Source of the DNA: Phoronis australis
Taxonomy: Eukaryota; Animalia; Phoronida
DNA: 64,000 nucleotides
Direction: 5' to 3'
Assembly: GCA_002633005.1 (NCBI GenBank)
Contig: NMRA01000338.1
Location: 161,575 to 225,574, forward strand
Both the position numbers and the translations under genes were made by a program. The first letter of the stretch is position 1, and each line of letters opens with the position of its first letter. The notes below the pieces were generated by a model. It made no database searches and had not been told where the DNA came from. It saw nothing but the letters and a program-made list of their open reading frames with translations. This document shows positions 13,530 through 24,496 of this stretch, one piece after another.

Positions 13530-16257
13530 GAAACATCTCCATGTCTGCGGCCAGCAGTCGTCGCGGGACAGTGCCTGACGAATGCCGGCTTACCGCCAAA
13601 TAACTATCCATACGTTCCGTTGTCTGAGAATGTTCACGGCTCCTCTCTAGTATTCCTTCATCTCTGTATTCCGGTTCGAACTGATAGACTGTGAAACTTA
13701 ACGATTCACCTGCGAAGTCTTCGTTGGGATGAGCTCTCGTCTAAGTCCGGATTGCGAGTCCACGCTGACGTTTACTACTGAGCGTTCTGTTTCAAAATGA
13801 ATTATTCTCACCCTTACCAATACTTACATAAAACTGAAACAAAGTCTATCTCAATAGATGTAATTTGTAATACCTTTGGAGTGTTCGTGAGTGCAAATGA
13901 TTTGAGAAGCCAGCAATGACTAAATCACTGCGTTACCCACTTTAGGTGCAATAAAACTAATTGACGGGACACCGAGGCCGTGTGGGAGGTCATGTTTGCT
14001 GACAAAAACTGGTTTGAAACAACTCGGTTTCTATCCCAAGGCCAGGTGTTAGGGGAATCTTTATTTACATTTACATTATTAAAATAATGATTGTACACTT
14101 TCTGCCCTGACGGTTCTGTGGCCAAATTGGAACCTGAATTCGCGACCCCAGACAAGTAAGCTGAGTATAGATTTGTGGCTAATTCGTGGCTAATTCACCA
14201 ACATAATCACGGCAAGCAATTTACTTCTTTGGCTCACTAGTATAGTATTTTCTTGACTGGAAGTTTAAAGTTTCCAACTTTGGCTGGTTTGTGTTCGTGA
14301 TGTCTGATCAGTTTCCGAGCCACTGGCCGGGATAACGAGTCAGTCCGCCGCGACAGGCCTGATCGGGTTTCGAGCCACGGGCCAGGATAACAAGCGTTAT
14401 GTGTGTTTAGAACTCAAAAATCACAAGTCTAAACAGCACAGATCTAGGTTCTCCTGTTTGTATCTCACGGAAAAATACTTCTTATTTATCTCCGAACAGA
14501 CCCCAAACTCTTGCTACAGACCTTACTGGCCTGCCGAACTTTGTAGGCTACGGTGTCCAAATACCAATAAATTCGTAACAGCGAAATAAAACAACACGTT
14601 TTTATAAGAACTTGGTGTATTTTTAAGGGTTTTATATTGAAGTTTGATGATTTATTGGTGTTTAACGATGAATTCAAGCAATAAGCTGACACCAGTAACC
14701 CGTGTTGTGAATTGCTGAACAGACTGCATGTGAAACCAATTACGTCAGTGGATAATTCCAACACCTCCGTCTGCCGTCAGGTGTCAGGTAACGCAACTGT
14801 ACGTGCTCTTATGGAGTAGAACAACTCGATCTAAACTGATACAAATTAGGTTGTTTTTTGGGTGGCATGCTCCTTTAAGCAGATAAAAAATTTAAATGTC
14901 AAGTATTAGGATTGAACTATATCTGGTAATTCTCAACTTATTTTGTACAAAATGAATTTAATATTTTCCTCATAGTCATGGTGTGCTAATGAACTGAATA
15001 CGCATACGTTGTAGTTGGATGAGCAAAATCAATGAAGTTAGGGAAGTACCACCACCAAGTGCAAGTGCAAGAATTTAATGAAATGCCAACAGGTTACCAA
15101 CATGATCCATTTTGTAATAATTTCATTATTTTATCATTTTCCAATATAAGAGCTGGTGAAACACTTTTTGAGCATATGACTCTGAGTGACACAAAGCTCA
15201 ACCAGGTCACCTCATTCAGCTCACATTTACAACAGTACGAGATACTCTTTTAAGCAATTCCTAATGAAAGTACCATTTTGCAATGGTTAGTACAGAGTAA
15301 TAAATCCATCCCGAAATACACGGCAATAGAATTCTTTTTTCTCCCGGAGATAAGAAAGAAAGTGACCTCGTTTTGTAAATGAGACATATTTTTGTGTCTC
15401 GTTAATGTCAGGAAGGCAAACGATTTCAGATCACAAATCCACAGGTATTTGTCCAGTTTATCAAGCTTTCTCACCTCAGAGTTTCAGCCCACAGCACAGC
15501 AGTAATACTTTGTTGGCAATGGAAGGACAATAGAGTAATGCAACCAAGAAAAAACTTGCAAAGAATCATACAACAACAAATAACATGTGATGTCCACCGG
15601 CACAAAAAAACAAGGCAGCAAATGTGCCTGACGGATGTTTACGGCATTATGTACAGCGAGATTCGAGTGTCACTGTGTAATCTGAGAAGGCCCTATTCAC
15701 TTTCCCGTGTAGGAAATTTTCAGAAACAATCACAAAATTCACCATTTTTGAAATACCCACGATGGAAAAACTCTGTGGTTACCACAGAGTTTCTAATTTC
15801 CCACTTATGAGAAATTCCCGCATTCAGTTGCTTGAAGTCGCTTGAGGTCAAAAGTCCATATCAGGGAAATATGCAATGCCTATGTCTTGCCATACCAAAT
15901 AAGGAGACATGGTTTGCCTTGTGGGAGAAAAATCAAGGAAGTGACGAGCAGTTGACAGGGTTTTATTTTTTGAAATTTGAAACTAATAGAAAATACTTTG
16001 ATAACAACAAAATTATTTTCGTACAAACCCTATGAAATACCTGGTGAACAGGTTGAACTCTGTTTCAGTGGCAGTGAACTACTTTCAATGTTGCAATTTA
16101 GGCTGTTTATCTGGTTCCAAGCTTCTTTAAGTTTAACTGGTTATTATGCAGTGTTCAAACCTTGTCAACACTCTTAAAAGGGTACTCTAGAATAAATTAC
16201 GGGCTTTGCATCAATGTTTTCCTCAGCGGAAGAAAATGACCATGCCGTAGGTGAGAG

Positions 16258-16332
16258 CACAGGCACCTTTAAGTAGCCCTCTATAATATAATATAATATT
16301 ATATTGTAGAGGACTACTTAAAGGTGCCTGTG
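16258..16332. mobile_element. 75-bp foldback mini-element with 7-bp TSD
   Basis: cacaggcacctttaagtag..ctacttaaaggtgcctgtg around an AT core; gtgagag is duplicated on both sides. Confidence 0.85.
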
Positions 16333-16581
16333 GTGAGAGATTCACGAAAGTACCCTCCTGCGAAATAGCTTAGAAAACTTTAAACATACTTATTTTTTCA
16401 AATAATTTTGGATGCGCGAAATGATCGAGTTAGTGTTTTCGAGTGGAGATTTACCGTAGAGCTGGCCAACCAGGAATACGGCCGCGGATATTAGTAGGCT
16501 AAAAAAATCGGCATAGACATCGAGCCGTAAATGTTATGATTAAATTTTAATTTTTAAATGACATGGCGGTAACCAACTTAC

Positions 16582-16660
16582 CTCTGAAAAACAGCTGATT
16601 AACACACAGGCCGACATCCGCAGTGAGCAAAAACAGCATCAAAACAGTCCTCATGCTCAT
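16582..16660 (-). CDS. Probable first coding exon (signal peptide) of an unidentified secreted or membrane protein gene running leftward
   Basis: ATG..MSMRTVLMLFLLTADVGLCVNQLFFR followed by a consensus phase-1 donor AG|GTAAGT; CpG-richer promoter-like sequence lies upstream (16670-16850). Confidence 0.55.
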
Positions 16661-19600
16661 CTTAAAATCGCCACCGGGACGAGGAGTCCAACTCGACTGT
16701 CAAAAATTCAGCGTTCGGGCACCCTAGGGCCACTACAGAAGGACAAACTAACGACGCCAATGGCCAAAGTTCCGAAACTACCGCGGCATGAGTGTGTTAC
16801 CCTCTACGCGCACATAAGAAGTATTGATAACGACATTAGTCACGGGCAATAAACATGTGAATCTTTCACGAACATGCTGCTTTCCTGTATCATAAATATC
16901 ACTACAGAATAAACACGGTCTCGAAGAGTCCATTTCCGATTTAGGGAGAGTGAGTAGTAATAGCCACATGAAAGAACTGCTTGGTCAGTCGCAATTATTT
17001 TCCCGGGCTTCGTTTCAACTGCAAACTCCTTCTCCGGGTACTCAGTACTTCACATTCACGAATCACTTGAGCCTCCACACTGGCACACAGTATTCAGAAG
17101 GCCTGTGACTTGGGGAACCATGTGTTGGGCGTTTCATTTTCCGTTATAAAAACGCATCATGTGAAAAAAATCAGTGTAGGCTAACAGAAAAACATCAAAC
17201 TGACTGCTTCAATACCGTAAATTGAATCTGTGTGCCTCAAGTCCTAAAGATGAGGACCAATTGAACCATTCAAATATAAGTTATATGCGTGGTGTTTTAT
17301 TTCTGGCCTAAATATAATTACATTATGGTACGTTTTTCTAGTCCATGTTGGCACCTATCCCTAGTTTCGAACAACGAACTCGAGCCAGTAAAAATTCGAC
17401 ATTTCTCTTTGGTGCAGCGCCTGTGGACCATATGCGGCGTAGCACTGAAAAAAGTGGAGAGCTATACCCCCCTAGCCCCCTATGGTGCGCCGCCCATGGT
17501 AAAAACTCAAAATTCAGACTCGAATATTTCAGCCTTAATAAACTCGGGCCGAGGGCCATTAAAAAGGAGCAAAATATGATTAGACAGCTACTTATGTAAG
17601 CTATTAGGAACTCGAGTATACTATAATAGACACCCATCTTGGTTCGCACATAGGGAGAATAGAAAATGTCAAAAATAATTTTGAGTTCCATGTCCAGTGA
17701 AACGATTAGACGACAGGCCAGAGATTTAGAAAACAGAAAACAAAAACCAAATGCGTGACAACAGAAATTTATTTATTTATTTATTTATTATTGTGATATT
17801 TAAAATGAGGGTGGCCTCTTCAGTGGTAGCACTGCTTTCCATCACAGATAGCCTATGGTATTGGTCTATGGTGGCATCAGTGATTTTTCAAGCTGGAGTC
17901 ATGTCTGTGTAGAGTTTCATAGGCGCAAATTAAGAATCTAGCCAAAGAACTTGCTAGCGTGGTCACATGCTTTGCTAGAAATTCATAGCGATATTTCGGG
18001 AGGCATACGTCTTGCGAATTCTTGCAGTTGCTTTTCTCCCTAGAAATTAAGTCTACGGAACGTGACCCCTGCAGTATTACGTATCTATGTTGAAATCACG
18101 ATCGTACATGCATAGGTTCCGTGGGCTGTTCGATAGCTTATAAGAAGTTGTTGTAGAAAAGACATAGGTTTATTGACAGAAATCTCGTAATTTAACTAAA
18201 CAACGATACCGTCTGTTCGATGGACTATATCTGCGTTTGCGTACGTTTTCGGCATGCCTGTTTCGGGTTTTTGCTTGTTTTTCTGCAACCGGTCTATAGG
18301 TTTTGAAAATGTTCGTGCTTATTCGCGGTCACCATCTCGTCGGTTTCAAGGTTTTTGAGTTATTTATCAACCGCCACTCTGTTCGCTAAATCCCGAGGAA
18401 TAAAATTGCTTAAAGACGAAATCGAAAACGAAAACAGTCTTTGTATCAATATTTAGCATGTATAATACCATTGTTTCAAATATGTCCCGACAATTTACAC
18501 TAAGAGAAAAACGAAAAAGAGAAGTTTTAAAACGCTCTTGGGAAATTTACAGTCATTTTTGTTGTACCAAATGTTATTAAGTCTTAATTGTCGTTCAAAG
18601 CACTATTAAAAGGGTTACGGAAAGTATTGTGATGTAATATCAATAACTTAGGGAACCATCAAAACAAATCTTTAAGCCTGTATGTCATCTGTTACACGAA
18701 ACAGTCTGGGCAAACCGAATAAACATATTTGAAAATTGCTGAATGTAGCACAAAGGGACTGAAAGTTGTTTACATATATCATTAACCTTCCTCTAAACAC
18801 TCAATACAAAATTTTCGCGAATTTTTGTGACTGTCAAAACTATAGTTGATTTGTGTAATTCTAAAACTAGTTGTTGCCGTTTCATGAAGTCATGAACACG
18901 GGCGTGAAAGTGTCTTTACGCCCGTAATTTACTAGCGTAATTCACAGTAGATCTCAGTTATTTCCCAAATACTCACAAAAATACTTCGGGTGCCGTGAAT
19001 TCTCAAGCCTAACTGAAAAGTTGTGAACGATGTCATTTTGATTGAACAAACTTTTCTCATTGCACCAAAGCTAAAATTCGCTCAAGGTTTCGACTTACTC
19101 TGATTTTTAACTTCGAATAAGCAACACTTGATTAAAAGCTCTTTATACTATTTGTGCATTGTGGGCGTTACTCTCCATTTTGACCAACAGGCTATTTTTA
19201 CGCAGGTCTTGATAGATTCAACTACAGCAAGATTTTATCACAAACTCACCACTGAATAAGTAGCGTAATAAATATCAAGTTCTAGTAAAATCTTCAACAT
19301 AGTGAAGGCCGTTAATTTGTCTTATGGACTCATAAAGAATTGGGTAAGTAAGTAAATAAGTAAGTAAGTAGGTCTGCGCTAAATACCTATGTAGACTTAA
19401 ATAAGAAAGTAAGTTAGTAAGTAATTTAGTGTTCATAAGTGATAGTGAGTGTTATAAAAGTGATGGAATTTCTAACGAAGACAGTAGCAGGAGAAGAACC
19501 GGACACTTTGTTATGCAGTATGCACTAGGATAAAAACTTCCACGTCACATTTCATTTTGTGGACAAATAAGACAAGCTGAGTTGAGTTATACAAGGTTCT

Positions 19601-20954
19601 TGTGCCTATCGATAAAGCTTGCTCTTTAGCGAGTTAAACGCTAGCAAAAACGCCAGCGCCAGTTTTAGGGATTTGTCCGCAAGGATCATTTTCGCCACCA
19701 GCAGGTAGTTAGTTCATTACCCCACGTATTTATTTCAAGAATTTTGTGACAAATAATCTTTCGGGTATTTTTCAGCTTCAGAAAATTTGTAATTAAAAAT
19801 CTGTGATATTTCTCAGAAATGACCTAAATCAAAAGTATTTTTTTTACAAAAGGCGTTACGGTATCGACTTGACTAGGTATCGACTGCTCATATTTACGGA
19901 AATTACCGAGATATAACGAATGCGCTGAAAGGATATTGCGCAGACAAGTTGCGCACAAGATCCCGGCAACTACAGCGTGATCATCGGGAAGGTTTAAGTA
20001 AGAAATCTATTAAGGTAAATTAGATATAATTTGCGTCCCCGATTCTCGTTAGCCTTGATTATGGGTGTTAGGGACGACATTACCACTTGCCAAACTTGGG
20101 CACTGGTCAGATATAGATCCTTGATTACGAGAACCAGGCACTCACTGAACGGGCCGGTCGCCGATTTGACATCAGTCAGCACAGTAGCAATGACTATCGC
20201 CTCTGTTGGCCCGACCAGAGGCGATGCAGCTCTTATAGGCGCTCCTTACACCGGAAGCTTTTCGTCGAATTATGTCTCGCACCGACTAAAACATCAAAGT
20301 CACGCTGTTGAGTTGGCTTTTGCACATAGAGGAACACCTTCTTAGGACTAGGAGGTTGTCGATGTGTTTAATTCCTTCCAATTTTGGGAACTGAACGAGT
20401 GACTGCTCGAACAAAAAGTTCGATAACGGAAGTATTTGTTCGACATACAGGGCAATGTAATTGCCTACGTCCCTGTATGTGTGCAGCATTCAGGGCTATG
20501 CAATTGCCTAATAACCATCAAATTCATTGATTGTATTCCTACAATTTCACTAGCTAGTGTAGTGCGAACTTGCATATTTGCAATATCCACCAATTTAACA
20601 TGTACACCAATGATGTACTTGGCCCCTATTTAGCTGTCAATGTTGAAGTTTTAAACCAAGTTTCTTTGGGATTTAAAAACATTGCCAGACTAATGCAATA
20701 GTTCAATTATTGCTGAATTAGCTGGCAATTCAAGTCACTGGCAATCGTTTTTGCGTCATTTTCGAATCTGCAATATTAGGGTTTGCTAACCCCAATAAAC
20801 TCAGAAGTGTTTTCTTGAATAGGTGGTGGTTTAAATGTTCTTGTTGGTAGTGGAAGTGGAATCCTATTAGTTTTATGTCAGACTAAAAGACCTGCTTGAA
20901 TTACATTTTTAGCCAGCCAAACCAGGCAAAATCCACATTTAAAGAAATATTTAT

Positions 20955-21398
20955 TCTGTCACAGTACATTTTGTTCCAAATTGTGTGCGCGTAAGGAAAA
21001 ACACAAAGATAGTTGTTTTGCATGGTAGTGTTCGCACCACGTAATCACCGTTGGGTCGCCAGTCTACGTTTTGGGTGATTGCACGACGGTTGTACTGCGG
21101 AAGCACGGCAGTGATGGAGGAGCTACTGCGGTCCTTGTACGGTGACATGGCAGTCATGACGGTGTTATGACGGTGTCGCGGCGAGCCCACGGCGGATTGC
21201 TGCAACCCGCAGTCCTACTGCGGAAGTTTTAAACATGTTCAAATTTCTGCCATCCTACCGCAAAAGTCCGCGGTTTTGACAGTTTTCTGCGGTGCTACGG
21301 TGATCAATGGCAGAACCACAGCGATCATGGCAGTGCCACTGCGGATTATGCCGTACAAGCACCTCAGTGGCACCGCACCTCCAGTGTGACGTGGGTGT
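20955..21398. mobile_element. Decayed Harbinger-like non-autonomous element
   Basis: GC-rich island of short actgcgg/acggt subrepeats, bounded by gtcacagt / agtgtgac. Confidence 0.45.
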
Positions 21399-21789
21399 AA
21401 CATTAATGGCAAACACTTTCAACTTTTTATAGTCAAGTGACCTAATTATCAGACGTTTTGGCACATTTTGCACTATATTTAATTGACATTACTATGGAAT
21501 GTTGTAAATTCTTTGCTGAAATAAAGATTTGCCTTTACAGAATTGTTCTGTTACTAACTATATCTTGTCACCGAAAGCCATATTTATGTTCCGACTGATC
21601 TTTAAAAAACACAACTAGCAAACCTTCGGAGAACCTAAATATCGGACACCATGTTTCCCCATACGCCACACCGGGGAAAACTGACTAACCACGTAATGGC
21701 CGCGAGCACCTTGTATCAAAATTTCAGCTCGAGTGTTTTGACATATATGCTGCTAGAACACAGGTCCATTCACAACAAAATTATCCATA

Positions 21790-22184
21790 AAGTGATATCT
21801 GATGACGGCGCCAAGTCATTTCGATGAATCAGTGCAGACGACTAAAGCATGTGCAAAGTCAATGCTGTTTTTAGTGTCTCTTTGGCTTCTTGATATGACA
21901 CCCGCACGTGCGCGGTCGGGGTTTGACTTGAGTTTAAAAACAAATGAAAAAATGGAGCAGTGACATATTGTCAGTTCTATGAGATTGTATCATTGTGGAA
22001 AAAGATTTTGTTTTCAACTTTTATAACTAATTTATGCGATCGTCCATTTTAGGCCGACTTTTGGGTCCAAATTGCACCCTCTCTCGGTGAAATCAAAACG
22101 AGGCAACGTTGTAAAAAACGAGACGGTGAATGCATTACAGCGGAACAAAAATTGGTGTCATTTAATTCTCTGATTATGCTTCAA
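21790..22184 (+). promoter_or_regulatory. Probable RCC1 promoter and non-coding first exon
   Basis: CpG-rich patch with E-box CACGTG (21905), E2F-like GGCGCCAA (about 21807) and donor AA|GTAAGA at about 22185. Confidence 0.4.
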
Positions 22185-23536
22185 GTAAGATTTGATGAAA
22201 TGTCCGATATTTAGGGTCCGTCTGATAATTAGATACACTATGTGTAGATTGATGAGAGAATACTCGTGGATTATTTGCTAGTGATAGTAGTAAAATTTTA
22301 ACTTCACCACACCAGAAAATCAAGAACATTTTCAGAACAACAAAAAAGGTCTGAGTGGATTAGAGAATTCAATAGAGTTCATCAGAAATGAGAAGAATGA
22401 TTTTATTTTGAATTTGTTCCCTCCAACAAAATGTTATGACAGATTCCAAAAAATTAACATTTTTATTTCAAGAATGCCAAGAGGATCACGTGTTCTTCAC
22501 ATCTAAAAATCCAAACACTTGTGTATTGTTTGTTTTCAGTATAGATTGAGAGCAAAATTTGAACTCATTTGTGGGCAAACGGTACGGAATGTATGTATTG
22601 ACAAGACAGTTGCCTCTCTAGTGTTATGGCTTGTTAGCTGATAGACCATCGAACGGTAGAAGGCGATCACTTGGGCATTTTTGGGAATGCATTGTCAGAC
22701 TTCCAAAAAATGGTATCTTATTTGATTTCGTGTGACATCGTGAATAATAACTGAACCTATGATTAGCCAGAAATAATTAATGAGAGATTCCCAATCCTGA
22801 TTGGACTGATTATCCAATGTCAGTATTTGATCATACACTGACCCTTACTCAGTTAACCTTATTTCACAGATTTGTAGAAAATCTTGGAGCACTAGGACGG
22901 GTTTGGGGACTTGAACAACTTAAAATTCAAAGTTGGGTGGGGCGAGTGAGGCTCTGGTTGAAATTGACACTGGCAGTCTCAGATTGCATTTGGTAATTTG
23001 GTATTCCCCAAATCTGATGCTGCATGTAATCCTTCAACAGTTAATGCTCAAGTGAGCAGACCCAGGTTACCGGCTTCAAACTGACTGACAAGTTAATTGA
23101 AATATCGTAAGTCTTCAATATAGTTTGTTTATGTGTCAGAAAAAAGACTGCAGATTCAACTTGAATGCCTGCAAGTCTTTCTGACTGTGGATTTTAATGT
23201 GGGTCGAATGTAGCCACTCAAAAAGATTTAGTTCAGTGAGACATATGTTTACATAGCTATAATATTCATCTTTGGTGTGATTAACACCACAGCCGTTTTG
23301 ATGTCCGTTGTAGGTGATTAGGTGGTACATTTTACAGCGTTTTTAAACATAATAAATGAACTCTTTGGTCCAAATTACAGTCATGTAGATTTCGATGCCA
23401 AGTCTTTGTGATAAGAAATTATGATTTTATACCATTCAAAGTAAAATATACGATGTCAGTGTTGTTGAATCAAAAATTTCTATCCTCCAAGATGGCGGCG
23501 TGTTAACATGGTGATAACATGGGTACATAGCCTAAT

Positions 23537-24010
23537 TATGTGCCCACTTATTTATATGTGGACACATGCCATCATCCATGTCCGTCCGTCCACTGTCTGT
23601 CCAGCGTCAGCTACTCTATCTCCAAAACCCTTTGTCGTATGCTCATGAAATTTTGCACATGTGCTCCTTTCATGGATGGGACGGCGTGAGCGAACTTTTG
23701 GGTAGATGTGACTACTGGTATGTGCCCCCTAGTGGCAATTTTATTTTTTTTGCGTTAACCTTTGTATCTTCCAAGGTCCTCAACAGATTTTCATAAAATT
23801 TGGAATACAGGCATCTATTGGCGAGATGATGTTATTTTTGTTTTCTAATGGATTTGAGGTATTTTGCGCCACCTAGTGGCCATTTTTGGTGTTTTCGAGA
23901 CTGTTTTTTGGCGTCCACCCCTCTATCAACCAAACCATTCTAAGGATGATTTTGAAAGTTGGCGTGTATGTTCTCACATCGAAAATTACGAGTGCACCAG
24001 TTTTCATACT
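23537..24010 (+). mobile_element. Helentron/DINE-1-like dispersed repeat
   Basis: 5' hairpin plus (GTCC)n microsatellite, then about 150-bp subunits shared with 43853-45146. Confidence 0.65.
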
Positions 24011-24496
24011 TTTATCAAAACGTGAATAATGTTGAATGTTTGACTTTAGGTGCTGTGCTAAAACTCAAAACTCACAAAACCTGACAAAATCCAACATATC
24101 TGTCTATAAATTTGGCCACGTGTTAAAAAATTCCATAGCCTGACACTTTTTTGGGACAATCTCAGTCTTATTTTGGACAGTTGACTCGCGCCATTTGCAA
24201 GCATGTTTACAGGGCCTTTGAAGGAGATTTTCCTCCAGTTACCATTGAGGAACATTGAATAGCAAAGACATGGTGAATTACATTTTCAATTACAGTTAAC
24301 CTGCACTCCAACTGCTTATTCCAGTTATATAAGAGGGCTGATGGGAAAGTAGTATAAAATGTCAAGTTAAGTTCAGTAATTATCTTTTGTAATTGTATGT
24401 TGCATATTTTGTCAGAATGTAGCATTGATGAATGGGAGCATGCATGTTTAACTGAATACACAATATGTTTTCAGAATTTTATCTCCAGAAAGCAAT

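Noticed and set aside
19994-20633. Cluster of short ORFs in GC-richer sequence
   Set aside because: No recognisable domain or consistent splice sites; probably TE debris.
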